IMG/VR virus record: IMGVR_UViG_3300027721_000017 | DNA length: 60,542 bases | Reading direction: 5' to 3' (one strand) | Origin: a virus | Made by a program: the position numbers and the translations under genes | Notes under the pieces: generated by a model | Databases searched by the model: none | Told to the model about the DNA's origin: nothing | What the model saw: only the letters and a program-made list of their open reading frames with translations | Shown: positions 45,610-55,759 of the stretch, piece by piece | Numbering within the stretch: position 1 is the stretch's first letter | Layout of the letters: each line of letters begins with the position of its first letter

Positions 45610-48600
45610 TTACGCACGCAGCCCGACCACGAAGCGGGTCAACCGGAATCGGCGGTCACCGTAAATCTGGTACGTCACCGGCCCAGCGTCGGCGGTGAAA
45701 GAGACCGCCGTCCCGTCGTAGTGGTTCTTCACTGTGATGGACGTTGAGCTCGAGTAGGTTTGGATCTCGTAGATGCCGGTGTTCACCCCAGAGACGATGT
45801 AGAGCAAGCGACCAACATCGTCAGACGTGAAGCCAGTTCCGGTGAGGACTCCGTTTCCACCAGCGATGACCCCGTCGGCCCTCTGGAAGCCGGAGCCGAT
45901 GTCTTCCGAGAAGAGCCGGAACGTGCCGCGGCTGTCGTGGCACAAGTCCCCCGTTTGAACCGGATAGGTGCCGAGGCTGCCAGTATCTCCTGCCACCGTG
46001 TTTCCAGGACGCGTCAACCGGGCCGTCTTTGTGGCCTCTGTCGTAGCGGACGCTGTGTCGTACGCAGGACGACGAATCTCCCACGTCCTGTTAGCCCTGA
46101 CAGGCTGCAGCGACTCGGCGATGGTCATCGTCGTCAATGAATCGTTGATGGTCGCCAGGGTGAACTCTCGGAGATCCCCAAGGAAGACAATCTTGTCCGG
46201 GGACACACCGCCGACGCTGATGCCCTCGTGAATCGAGAAGGTGCGCCCGGTCTCTGTTGGGGAGAAGAGCGTTGAACCCGTACCCGACGGTGGACCAACG
46301 GTAATCTGTGTGGCGCTCACTCGAGAGAGGATTCGGTAGTACCCCGCGTTCGTCCCGTCCTGGACCCACAGGAATCGCCCCGGCGTGGCACTGGCAGGGA
46401 AGTCCGAACCGGCGGAGTTGAACGTATTCCCCCCGTTGATCGGGTTACCGTCCGTTTTCGTCGGCCCCACCTGGAAGCCGAGGAACTTGTTTCCGCCGGT
46501 TGTCAGGGTGAGCGTGTCCCCGTTTGCTCCACCGAGGTCAACGTTCCCGTTGACACCGGAAACCCCGGTCATGGCATCGTTGGCGGACTGAATGAAGTCA
46601 GCCCTGTTGATGTGGTTGAAGAGGAAGTCGGCGTTGGTCCGTGCCTCATCCACCACAGTGTTCTTGCTCGTCGCGAGTCGGTTTCCGGCTACGTCGTAGA
46701 ACTCCCAGGTGGAGATGTCGTGGTCAGCGCGGCCGCTATCAGTCGCGAACCGGGGGATAGCAGTCCACTTCCAATATCGTCCTGTCCGTGCGGAGGATGA
46801 AAGGTCGCTGAAGTCCGAGTAGACCTTTACGTCTTGGTTGGAATAAATCTCTCGTCCGTCACCGCTCAACCACGTCCCGTTGTTCTTGACGTCGGGAGGA
46901 GCCGCGTCTGCGCTGTAGGAGATGCGCTTCACCAAGTCCCAGGTCGGCTTCACGCAAATCCAACTCTGATTCGTGATGAGCGCGTTCGGAGGAATCCGAA
47001 GCTGCATCGTTGTGGGCGTGAGCAGACGCTCAACGCACAGTCGGTGCCCGCCGTTGGCCACGACGATCATGTCCTCTTCCCGCACGGCATCCTTGATGCG
47101 GTAGGTGACTACGGCGCTCGAAAGCGTCCACGTCTTCGCGGTTTGGTCCAGGTTCTGAACCGTGATGACCGAAGGGCTGGTGTACCCGATGACGCGGAAG
47201 GCATTGTTCGGAGCGGTAGACTCCGCGCCAGCACCCGCCGTGAGCTCTACAACCTGCCCCACGTGGGACGCCAGGAATTGGGCGTTGGTCGTATCTGTGA
47301 GGGTATTCCCGCCTGACGTGATGAGCCCCACCGCCGGAGTCGTCGGCGTGAGACTGATCGCGCCTAGGAAATCGCCAGACAGCAACGCATTCGTGTTAGC
47401 GACGTTCGCTGTGCAGTTGAAAGTCCCTGCGCCGGATGTTCGGACACCCGGGGTTGGTACAACGAACCAGGTAGCGGCGTAGTTGTTCTGAGTGGCCCCA
47501 GAGGCGTTCGTATAGCTGATCGACGACGAGCTGTTGAAGGCCGTGATGGTGAACGTCCCGTTGTTGGCCGCTACCGAAGCACCAGTGATGACGATGTACT
47601 TTCCGACATCCCCCGCCACAAACGGCGTGCCGGTGGCGTTCAACGTCATCGTCGGTGTGGAGAAGGACAGCCCCGTCGTTCCGTTGCCCACACCAGACTT
47701 CGTGGCGGAGCCCAGAGGAGTTCCCCCCGCGTCCGTCGCCTTGTAGATGTTCCCGATGAGGCCGCAGCTGGTAAGCGTGTTCATAATGCGCGCTTCGGCC
47801 GAAAAGGTGTGGACCCGCAGAACGGCGTAGCCGACCTGTACGTCCTTTCCGAAGTCGACCATCAGCGAGTAGCCGAGGACGGTGTTGGCGGTGATGCCAT
47901 TCCAACCCGTGTCACTGCCAGTATTAGAGTAGGCAGTTCCATGTCCGACCACGCCGTCCATGCGCTTCCCGATGATGCCGTCGAGAATCTGGCGGCCGTT
48001 GGTCAACTCGGCCGCGGGAAGAGCTCGGTGGTGCGCGAGAGCCGCGTCGTACTGCCCTGTTTGTTCTGGGTAGTTTTCGAAGTACACCTTCGAAGCAAGA
48101 CTCCCAGGGACGGCCAACGGATTCGCGGTGGCGAACTTTCGGGGCTCGTCATTCTCGTGGAGGCGAGTCTTGAAGTGGTACGCCTCGTACGTGAAGCCGG
48201 TGATGTCCTGCGTGTTGTCCTTGCCCACGCCATCGGCCAGCATGATGGTCATCTCTTCTGGTCCGGCGTTTGAGCCAACCGAGCCGTAGTCCCAGACGGT
48301 GTACGTCAGCGACCCCGCCGTGGCCAGGGCCGAGAACGTGGCTCCGGCCATGGTCTTGAGCGTCACGGAGACGCCCGGAGTGACTACGTTGATCTTGTAG
48401 ATGCCTGCGTCTGTTCCAGTTTCGATGCGCAGCGTACGACCCGCGTCACCAGAAACGAAGCCGCCATCTGTGAAGACAGCGGAGCCGGTGGTGGTTCCGC
48501 CGCCAGAAGAAGTGACGCGCACCTGGGCCATACGCCCCAGGAACTCATTGTTGGCGGGCGTGGCCGGAACAAGGATGCCTTGGCGGTAGAAGCCAATCTT

Positions 48601-51600
48601 CACGCCGTACATCACCTCTTCGTGCGCGGAGTGAATCGGCTTGGCCGCACAGAGGGGATTCGTCGTGTCGGCGAAGGACTTGTTCGGCGTCCCCGCGAGA
48701 GCCACTTCTCGTGGAGTCCAAGCGGAGCCGGTCCACTGGTAGGTGACCTCGACAGCGCCAAGCCACATACGTGGCCCCGCGTTCCATGCACCGTAGCTAA
48801 GGTCCAGGAACCATCCGACGCTGTCGAAGACTTTGTTCCGCCCGGTGCTGCCCGTGGTCTGGTTTGAGACATTCTCATCCCGCCACACGAATGTGTCAGC
48901 TTCTCGGGAGTAGTACGCAGTGTCGACGTTCCCGGTGCTCCCGGCCCATAGTTGCGTTTGAACGCGTCCGTCTGGGTGTTCGAAGAAGTTTCTTGTGATG
49001 CGGCTGTTCTGGGGGGAGTACGAACCATCAGAGCGCGGAGCGTAGGAGGAGACGATGAAGAAGGTTCCGGCGTAGTTGGCCTGGGTCGCCATCGTCGCGC
49101 CGGTGTTGTTGTTGTAAACGATCTGCGACGAGCTGTTGAAGGCCGTGATGGGGAACACCCCGTTGTTGCCCGCAGTCGACGAACCCGTGATGACGATGTA
49201 CTTGCCCACGTCACTGGCCACGAAAGGCGTCCCGGTGGCGTTCAATGTCATGTTGGGCGCGGAATACGTGAGAGCAGTGGAAGCGCTCCCGGTCCCCGTC
49301 GTCAGAGGGGGCCCCGCCCAGTACGCGGTGTTTTCTGCGCCCCAGTACCGCTTCATCGTCGCGGGAGCGAACGTGCTCTTGACGATCTTGAGGTGGCCGT
49401 TGTCCGAGCCGACCCAGATTTCATCGAACTTTGAATTCACCAAGATGGCGTTGAAGCTCGTCGGAGTCGCCGGGTTCACTGAAGTAGCCGCAGTTCCACC
49501 AACGAGAACGCTCCCAGGAGTCGTCAAAACGTTAGTGTCAGTGATGAGAATGGCGGTGTGCGCGTTGGTCGCGACGTTGTACTTGTTGATTTGCTGCGTC
49601 GTGTCGTTGGACAGCCAGTAGACGTCGCCGTTGGCGGGGTCGATGGCTACTCGCTGGTTTTCGCCGTGGATCGCCTGCACATTGCAGTCGGCCCCGAGGC
49701 CCGCCGTTGAACTGAAGGTCCGGTTGAGGAACGTGCCAGGAGCCAGCGACTCGAAGTAGTTGATCTTGTTCAGCCCGGTCGTGGCGTTATCGTAGAACAT
49801 GTACAGCCGGTCGCCGATGTCCAGGTCGATGCCTCCGTCACCCCCGAAAGTGACCGCGTCCCCGGCGAGCGTCGTAACGGTGATCGTGTCCGCGTCTACC
49901 ACCGTGGCGATTTTGTAGATGCCTGCGTCCGCTCCGGCTACGCGGATAACGCGCCCAATGTCAGAGCTCGTCATCGTAGTACCTACGATGTTGTCGATCT
50001 GATTCGACGCGCCAACAGTGTCTCCGGCGAATGCGCGATTCGCTGTTTTATCAGCGACGATACCCGCGACATTGGAGTCGGGAACGCCAAGGCGCGTCCA
50101 TGTCCCAGTGAACGCCTCAGCTACGCCTGCGTGGTTCTGGTACGTGATGACCGTTGGGCTGGTGTACCCGGTGATGAGGAACGTCCCATCATTTGCGCCC
50201 GTAGTGGCGCCTGAGATGGTGATCGACTGCCCCACCATCCGCGCGTTGAACACCGCGCCAGCGTCAGTCAGCGTCATGCTCGGCGCGGTTCCGCCGATGG
50301 TATCGCCCGTCCCGGTCCACGCTGCGCCGCCCTGGTCCTCGGTGTACTGACGCGTTGTCAGGTCCGGCTTGATGATGATGACGCCGCCGTTGCCCAGGGA
50401 CGGGTGCTGCACAGCGAAGTAGACCCAGTTGCCGGTTCCTTGAGTCCCACCACGAATTCGGTCGCCAGAAGCAAGGACCAGTGGCGGAGACAGGAAGGAC
50501 GAGTGGCCCGCCGTACCAAGGTAGTTTGCCACCTCACGTGGAGACTCAATAGTTCTCCACCGCCAGTGCATGATGCACGAGTCGTTGTTGGCGTTGGTGT
50601 GGCCAATCCAGCAGCGCTGGTTGGCTTCATCCAGGACCATCGCGTTCGCGCCTCCCGCCCCTGTACTGGTGTACGGGAACGTGTGGCCTGGGAAGTTGGC
50701 GCTGCCCCCTTCGTTCACGGTATTCTTGTACAAGGCGAAGTCGTAGCCCAGCCCCTGGTCGTAGTCGCCGTGAGTCCACGGCTTCATACCGATGGTGTAG
50801 CTCCCTTGTTGTTCGGCGGCGGCGGCGACTTCTGTGGAGCCAGTCTTCTCGATCTTCACCTTCATGATGAAGCTTGACCGGATTGGTTGAGTCGTTCCAG
50901 CAAAAAATCCGGGCTGGAATCTCCCGCTGGTCTCGACCTGTCCCGCGGACAGCGGGATGATGCTTATTTCGTTGAAGTAGGTCGTGCGGCCGGGACCGAT
51001 GTACAAGTCGTTTCCCGCGATAGTCGCCGCGGCTTGCCCCACAAAGGGCGTACCATTCAGATTTCGCAGCCAGAGCTTGTTATTGGCGAAATCGACGTGT
51101 TGGATGAAGTAGAACCCAGCATCGGCGCCTGTGGCGATGCGCAGAACTTGCCAGCGACCAGGCGTGACGTACTTGTTGTCCCAGAATCCAGCATTCGTGA
51201 AGGTGACGTAGTCCCTACCTACAAGCGTCGTGAGGGTGGAGTTGGCAGCGCCTCCGGCGAGGTACATCGGGTGGGCGTAAACGATGCCGATCTGCGTGTA
51301 GTCGGCGGGTAGGTCCGACGCCGAGACGAGCGAGTCTCCTCCCCAGGCGCTTTTGTCTACGCCAACTGTGTTGTCGTAAGCAGAGATACCGGCGTGGACT
51401 CGCGAAATAGCGGAAGACGCGATTGCGGCGATGCTCCCCGTGGCCCTAAACTTGAGGTAGTCCAGCGTCGATATGGCCGTCATCTGAACCGGGTACGCGG
51501 TAGGCTGAGCCGCCGCCCAGTCAGCGTGCCCGACGGTGATGTCGTTGTCGTCCAGCAACCCTCCTTGTTTGAAGGGGTACAGGCGCATCTGGTAGCTCTG

Positions 51601-51756
51601 CCCAGCGCTGTTGGTGTCCCAGAAGTTAATGGTCCGGGCGAGGGTGCGGCTGCGGAAGGCGATGTTGCCCGCCTGCAGGTCTTCCTTGTTGGATGACTTC
51701 GGATTCTCCTTGTCGGGAAGAATCGTCATGAGCCCGGTGATTTCTTTGACTGACAT
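45610..51756 (-). CDS. Giant virion structural protein (about 2048 aa) with five or more internal ~60-aa repeats (G..V.ITG....NNG.F.IT.F/Y.S...I.Y.N)
   Basis: GAGGGA RBS 8 nt before ATG 51756. The upstream gene stops at 51771. Uninterrupted frame of 6.1 kb. Confidence 0.55.
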   Translation of the reverse strand: MSVKEITGLMTILPDKENPKSSNKEDLQAGNIAFRSRTLARTINFWDTNSAGQSYQMRLYPFKQGGLLDDNDITVGHADWAAAQPTAYPVQMTAISTLDYLKFRATGSIAAIASSAISRVHAGISAYDNTVGVDKSAWGGDSLVSASDLPADYTQIGIVYAHPMYLAGGAANSTLTTLVGRDYVTFTNAGFWDNKYVTPGRWQVLRIATGADAGFYFIQHVDFANNKLWLRNLNGTPFVGQAAATIAGNDLYIGPGRTTYFNEISIIPLSAGQVETSGRFQPGFFAGTTQPIRSSFIMKVKIEKTGSTEVAAAAEQQGSYTIGMKPWTHGDYDQGLGYDFALYKNTVNEGGSANFPGHTFPYTSTGAGGANAMVLDEANQRCWIGHTNANNDSCIMHWRWRTIESPREVANYLGTAGHSSFLSPPLVLASGDRIRGGTQGTGNWVYFAVQHPSLGNGGVIIIKPDLTTRQYTEDQGGAAWTGTGDTIGGTAPSMTLTDAGAVFNARMVGQSITISGATTGANDGTFLITGYTSPTVITYQNHAGVAEAFTGTWTRLGVPDSNVAGIVADKTANRAFAGDTVGASNQIDNIVGTTMTSSDIGRVIRVAGADAGIYKIATVVDADTITVTTLAGDAVTFGGDGGIDLDIGDRLYMFYDNATTGLNKINYFESLAPGTFLNRTFSSTAGLGADCNVQAIHGENQRVAIDPANGDVYWLSNDTTQQINKYNVATNAHTAILITDTNVLTTPGSVLVGGTAATSVNPATPTSFNAILVNSKFDEIWVGSDNGHLKIVKSTFAPATMKRYWGAENTAYWAGPPLTTGTGSASTALTYSAPNMTLNATGTPFVASDVGKYIVITGSSTAGNNGVFPITAFNSSSQIVYNNNTGATMATQANYAGTFFIVSSYAPRSDGSYSPQNSRITRNFFEHPDGRVQTQLWAGSTGNVDTAYYSREADTFVWRDENVSNQTTGSTGRNKVFDSVGWFLDLSYGAWNAGPRMWLGAVEVTYQWTGSAWTPREVALAGTPNKSFADTTNPLCAAKPIHSAHEEVMYGVKIGFYRQGILVPATPANNEFLGRMAQVRVTSSGGGTTTGSAVFTDGGFVSGDAGRTLRIETGTDAGIYKINVVTPGVSVTLKTMAGATFSALATAGSLTYTVWDYGSVGSNAGPEEMTIMLADGVGKDNTQDITGFTYEAYHFKTRLHENDEPRKFATANPLAVPGSLASKVYFENYPEQTGQYDAALAHHRALPAAELTNGRQILDGIIGKRMDGVVGHGTAYSNTGSDTGWNGITANTVLGYSLMVDFGKDVQVGYAVLRVHTFSAEARIMNTLTSCGLIGNIYKATDAGGTPLGSATKSGVGNGTTGLSFSTPTMTLNATGTPFVAGDVGKYIVITGASVAANNGTFTITAFNSSSSISYTNASGATQNNYAATWFVVPTPGVRTSGAGTFNCTANVANTNALLSGDFLGAISLTPTTPAVGLITSGGNTLTDTTNAQFLASHVGQVVELTAGAGAESTAPNNAFRVIGYTSPSVITVQNLDQTAKTWTLSSAVVTYRIKDAVREEDMIVVANGGHRLCVERLLTPTTMQLRIPPNALITNQSWICVKPTWDLVKRISYSADAAPPDVKNNGTWLSGDGREIYSNQDVKVYSDFSDLSSSARTGRYWKWTAIPRFATDSGRADHDISTWEFYDVAGNRLATSKNTVVDEARTNADFLFNHINRADFIQSANDAMTGVSGVNGNVDLGGANGDTLTLTTGGNKFLGFQVGPTKTDGNPINGGNTFNSAGSDFPASATPGRFLWVQDGTNAGYYRILSRVSATQITVGPPSGTGSTLFSPTETGRTFSIHEGISVGGVSPDKIVFLGDLREFTLATINDSLTTMTIAESLQPVRANRTWEIRRPAYDTASATTEATKTARLTRPGNTVAGDTGSLGTYPVQTGDLCHDSRGTFRLFSEDIGSGFQRADGVIAGGNGVLTGTGFTSDDVGRLLYIVSGVNTGIYEIQTYSSSTSITVKNHYDGTAVSFTADAGPVTYQIYGDRRFRLTRFVVGLRA
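47530..47730. repeat. Direct DNA repeat copy B within the giant gene (approximate coordinates)
   Basis: As copy A. Confidence 0.5.
49130..49330. repeat. Direct DNA repeat copy A within the giant gene (approximate coordinates)
   Basis: Antisense track ORFs 49136-49621 and 47534-47746 translate to near-identical peptides (MKAVMGNTPLLPAVDEPVMTMYLPTS... and MKAVMVNVPLLAATEAPVMTMYFPTS...), which reveals a duplication about 160 bp long. Confidence 0.5.
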
Positions 51757-51770
51757 GTTCGTTGTCCCTC

Positions 51771-52367
51771 TTAGTAGATGGGGCTCATGCTGATCTTGTA
51801 GATGACTTCCAGCGTCTGAGTGTTCGTCTGAGTTTTGGGTGGGGTCATCAGCGCATACGCCATCACCCATTTCGCGTACCCAGTACCGAGGCCAGCGCTC
51901 CACCCCGACAGGAAGATAGTCCCGAGGTTTCGGTTGCCTTGCCCAGAGCCGTAGTTAGCCGAGATGGTAGAGTTGCAGGTGAACGTCTTGGTGTGGGTTA
52001 CCACGTTGTTCGTCGGTGTCAGGTTTCCGGAGACAAAAAGTTGGGCGCTGTCGGATGCGATGCTGCTTCGCGCGGACATGGGCGGCTCGGTGGAAGAGGA
52101 AAACCCGAGCTGCGCTATATTGAATCGGTAGTCCATCCAGATGCGCCGCCCAGAATCCGTGATGAGGTTCTCCCCTTGGTGAGACCAAGCAACCTCGCCA
52201 GATTCCGCGTCCTTCGCGACAATTTCGAAGGAGCCTTTCATCTCAATGCCGCCCTGAAGAATCGCCTCTCTCGTGGCGTTTCGGTTTTCAGGTCCTCCGC
52301 GACGAAGACGAGCCAATACCTCTCGGGCTTCCTCTGGGTTGACAACAGACACCTTGTAGTCGCTCAT
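51771..52367 (-). CDS. Hypothetical structural-block protein (198 aa)
   Basis: Track ORF. ATGA overlap with the upstream gene. Confidence 0.5.
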   Translation of the reverse strand: MSDYKVSVVNPEEAREVLARLRRGGPENRNATREAILQGGIEMKGSFEIVAKDAESGEVAWSHQGENLITDSGRRIWMDYRFNIAQLGFSSSTEPPMSARSSIASDSAQLFVSGNLTPTNNVVTHTKTFTCNSTISANYGSGQGNRNLGTIFLSGWSAGLGTGYAKWVMAYALMTPPKTQTNTQTLEVIYKISMSPIY

Positions 52368-54145
52368 ATGATCCTCGTCGTTCCTGCCTGAGTCCAGGTG
52401 CCTGCGCCGTCTGCCTGTCCGCTACCGCCAGGGCCACCGGCCCCATCGCTGAGCAGGTTTGTATCAGGGTCGACAGCTGAAAACTTCACCGGCGCTCGAT
52501 TCACGAAACTGAAGTCGTCACCCCTCGGCTCCCGCTGAGCAGTCCCCTCACTAACCCACGCAAAGTCTGTGAGGTCTCCGTCTCGGCCGAAACTCAACCA
52601 GTAGTCGGTGAAGAGTACCCCCTCATTGAAGCGGTCCACAATGACGCTGGAATACACCCCAGACGGGCGCCCCATCACGTCGAGAGCTTGGGCGAAGTAG
52701 CCGCGTCCGTACACCCGCGTGGCGACAGGCACGAAGAAGGTGTCCGCCCCAGGGAAAATCAGCGTTGGAGCCGCAAGGGGAACCGCCACGCCGCCGTCCA
52801 GCCGGTACACGATGTACCCCGACGTCTCAGAATCGTTGGGGCCGACGAAGACACCGAACCCATCCGGAGAAGGTCTCTCAACGAAAGCAATCGACACGGG
52901 GCTTGGTGTTCCAAGCGTGTACGTCCCTTGATCTCCAGACCCCTCACCAACCAGGTTTGTGTCTGGGTCCGTAAAGCCAATCTTGACGGGCTGGCGGTTG
53001 ACGTACGAGAAGTCGTCGTCTCTTGGATCTCTCTGCGCAGAACCTTCTCCGACGCGCCCACCATCGACGTTTTCGAGCGACTTGATGATGCCGCCTGTGT
53101 CCGCCGTGAAAGGCATGTTCATGGTGGCGGGGTCATCTGTGCTGTTCGCCGTCAACTTGAAGATACGGTTCCCCGCGAAGAAGAAGACGTACAAAGTGTC
53201 GGTGGCGGCGTCGTAGAGAAGCTCGGGACGCCCTGTGTTTGACGAGTTGCCTCCACCTGGGGTCGTCAGCCGTGTCTCTGGACCGAACTGCCCGAACGGG
53301 CTCTCTTTTACGACATAGAGATCCCGGTCCCTCTCGACGCACCACCATCGAGTTCCAGAGCCCATCTCGTACGAGGACACCGCAACGACATTGTCTGTAG
53401 CGGTGAGCTTCGTCGTCGCGGAACGAAGAGCGGCTTGGTAGTAGGCCGCGATGAGATACGGTTGGTAGGGGCGTGAGACATCGTGAACTGAGACCTCATC
53501 CGCCAACCCATCCCAGAAAGCGGAGTCCGCGACCCTCTGTAGCCGCCCTACGCTGAACACCGCCGTAATGTTCGTCACGGGCGGCGGAACTGGCAGCGAT
53601 GAGGGAATCCCATTCACCGTAACGGACGCCGCAGGCACCAACTGATTGTCGATGTAGATCTCGATGTCGCGGTTTACTCCGTTTACGCTCCGACGCACGG
53701 CGATAGAGTAAAACTGGTTCAACTTGATGGTGGCCGCGGCGGTCGTGACCAAGACTTCGCCCGCAGCGGCGGTGTGCCGGTACTCCAGAGCCCCGTTCGA
53801 TTTGACCGAGAGGGCGTAGAGAACGCCGTCACTCGTAGTGGGGCCGCCACAAGAAACAATGCAGCGCAGCTGAGATCCGGTTGGGTTGATGGAGTTCATC
53901 TTCACCCAACTGATGAGAGTCAGCCCCGCGGTAAGACGAAGAAGAGGGTTCGAAATTGAGGCAAAGGACGATGTTCCGTTCAGGCCTCGCGCTCCACCAA
54001 CTCGGCCAAGAGTCGCGGAGCTCGCGCTTGTGACCGTCAGGTGAAGTGCGTTCGCCGTCGCATCGCGCGCAGCATCAGTCTCCAAGGCCTCATCGAAGCC
54101 CCAGTAGCCGATGAGATTGGCGTCGAGCGAAAGGCGAACAGCCAC
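52364..54145 (-). CDS. Structural protein (593 aa) with putative N-terminal concanavalin-A-like/LamG lectin-fold domain
   Basis: N-terminal LIGYWGFDE...ALHL...G..G.NG.SSFASI...LTAGLTLISWVKMNS resembles the LamG/ConA-like pattern as recalled. Confidence 0.4.
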   Translation of the reverse strand: MAVRLSLDANLIGYWGFDEALETDAARDATANALHLTVTSASSATLGRVGGARGLNGTSSFASISNPLLRLTAGLTLISWVKMNSINPTGSQLRCIVSCGGPTTSDGVLYALSVKSNGALEYRHTAAAGEVLVTTAAATIKLNQFYSIAVRRSVNGVNRDIEIYIDNQLVPAASVTVNGIPSSLPVPPPVTNITAVFSVGRLQRVADSAFWDGLADEVSVHDVSRPYQPYLIAAYYQAALRSATTKLTATDNVVAVSSYEMGSGTRWWCVERDRDLYVVKESPFGQFGPETRLTTPGGGNSSNTGRPELLYDAATDTLYVFFFAGNRIFKLTANSTDDPATMNMPFTADTGGIIKSLENVDGGRVGEGSAQRDPRDDDFSYVNRQPVKIGFTDPDTNLVGEGSGDQGTYTLGTPSPVSIAFVERPSPDGFGVFVGPNDSETSGYIVYRLDGGVAVPLAAPTLIFPGADTFFVPVATRVYGRGYFAQALDVMGRPSGVYSSVIVDRFNEGVLFTDYWLSFGRDGDLTDFAWVSEGTAQREPRGDDFSFVNRAPVKFSAVDPDTNLLSDGAGGPGGSGQADGAGTWTQAGTTRII

Positions 54146-54148
54146 GGG

Positions 54149-54625
54149 TCACGCCCCTGCCTGAATGTACGTCCCGCCCCGCTCTTTGAAATTGGGCTCC
54201 ATGGCGTAGTTGCAGTGATCTTGGTGTAGCGCTGACGAGGTCAGTTGATTGGGCACGAGCTCGAGCCGGTACCGCTTGGCCCAGCGCTCCCCGCTCCCCA
54301 TTACGAAGAGTTCAAGTCGACTGACCTCTGGTACCCAAAGCGCAGAGCCTTGGAAAAAACCTCCCTCCGCGGTGTCGAAGGGGAGGCAGAGTTCTGGGTC
54401 CTTGCCCGAGAGCTCAAGGGTGTCGGCGTCGGCACCGAGCTCAAGGCCCACAGACACGATGGATCCGTTCGTTTTCTTTTGAAGGCGAAGAAAAGCTCCC
54501 GCGCCATTGGTCAGAATGACGTCGCTCACGTTGAGGGAACGAGCAACCGTCCACCCGAGGGACGTCATCAAGAAATTCTTCAGCGCTGAGTGAAAAAGCA
54601 GAACGCTGGCGAAGGTTTCGTTCAT
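54149..54625 (-). CDS. Hypothetical structural-block protein (158 aa)
   Basis: GGAG 8 nt before ATG 54625. TATACT box 24 nt upstream. Confidence 0.5.
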   Translation of the reverse strand: MNETFASVLLFHSALKNFLMTSLGWTVARSLNVSDVILTNGAGAFLRLQKKTNGSIVSVGLELGADADTLELSGKDPELCLPFDTAEGGFFQGSALWVPEVSRLELFVMGSGERWAKRYRLELVPNQLTSSALHQDHCNYAMEPNFKERGGTYIQAGA

Positions 54626-54834
54626 TGCGTCTCCACGGTGGACCGCCTGAGTATAGGCGAGGAGGCGCTGTCGTCACTCCTCTTTTGCGTACCTGCGTTG
54701 AAAAATACGGTCATCGCGCAGACCCCGCATCTCGTCGTGTACCTCCGCGTGGCAGTTAAGGCACAGCAGGTCGCACTTTTTGATCTCTGACCGCAGACTC
54801 TTATGCGTGTAGGAAACTTTTGAGAGGCCGATTA

Positions 54835-55326
54835 TCACAAGCCTACGGCGTACTGGAAGTGCATCGCGTCCTTCGTGCCCTTCCAAGCACCGCCCCAGTT
54901 CCACCCCTGCTCCGTGAAGGCTGCGACCCACTCAGGGGGGAGGTCCGTCACGAGGGTCTTGGCGACAGGGTTCTTGTCCCAGTTGACGTCGAAGGCGCAG
55001 CCCCAGGAGTGCGTGCTCAGCGGCTTCGAGGGGTCGTGCATCATGTGCCGGGCGCTGTGGCCTCCCAGCATTCGAACCTTGTACTTGGGAGCCCGCTTGA
55101 TCGCTTCCTCGAGGCAGACCTCGAAGATTGGTGCGACGAGACGATGCAGCTGGATGTTGCAGCCCGTTTTGCAGACGTTCCGCAGGACCACCAGGTTGTC
55201 TTTCTCCCAGGTGTCATCGATGTCGACCTCACCCTTGGAGAGCTCGGTGAACTTGAAGTCGCCGTAGCGGGCTTTGAGTTCCTTGAAGCCGTTCGGCGGG
55301 ATGAACTGGTAGGGGATGAGGGGCAT
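54835..55326 (-). CDS. Peptidase M15 (VanY / L-alanyl-D-glutamate peptidase-type) endolysin
   Basis: Zn-binding motifs SxHxxGxAxD (STHSWGCAFDVN) and DAMHFQY. ATG 55326 lies 8 nt downstream of a TATACT box. Confidence 0.8.
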   Translation of the reverse strand: MPLIPYQFIPPNGFKELKARYGDFKFTELSKGEVDIDDTWEKDNLVVLRNVCKTGCNIQLHRLVAPIFEVCLEEAIKRAPKYKVRMLGGHSARHMMHDPSKPLSTHSWGCAFDVNWDKNPVAKTLVTDLPPEWVAAFTEQGWNWGGAWKGTKDAMHFQYAVGL

Positions 55327-55342
55327 GACCCTAGAGTATAGG
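55327..55342 (-). promoter_or_regulatory. Minus-strand CCCCTATACTC box 8 nt upstream of the endolysin ATG (putative -10 driving a leaderless transcript)
   Basis: Read on the minus strand: cccctatactctagggtcATG. Confidence 0.45.
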
Positions 55343-55513
55343 GGATGCACTCTGACGAAAAGGCGAGACTTCGACTCATCCGAGAGCTGGAAGAGCGTCG
55401 ACGGAAGCCCCGAGGGCTAGGGGACGTCGTTGCGAAGATGACGACGGCGCTGGGTCTCAAGACCTGCGGGGCCTGTCAACGCCGACGAGAAGCGTTGAAC
55501 CGGCTGTGGAAGC

Positions 55514-55759
55514 TCAATCGGGAGTAGGTTGACACTCGCCGCAGGCGCCCTCGTGCTCCGGGTCTTTCGCAGTCCCGCCGCAACGACCGCAAGTGATCCG
55601 GGCCTTCACCGTCTTCCGTTCGGTTCTCACTTTACCGGGTAAATAGTCAGACGCCTCGAAGAGGCACTTTCCGTCCACGTGCTGGGTCACATCCAGCCCG
55701 CAGTTCCCGCAGGACCGCTGCATCACGGGCATGCGTATCTTGTAGATTCGTTCACTCAC
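55514..55759 (-). CDS. Small zinc-ribbon protein with CCHC module (CGNCGLDVTQHVDGKCLFEASDY) plus a second CxxC...CxxC
   Basis: Track ORF. Confidence 0.5.
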   Translation of the reverse strand: MSERIYKIRMPVMQRSCGNCGLDVTQHVDGKCLFEASDYLPGKVRTERKTVKARITCGRCGGTAKDPEHEGACGECQPTPD

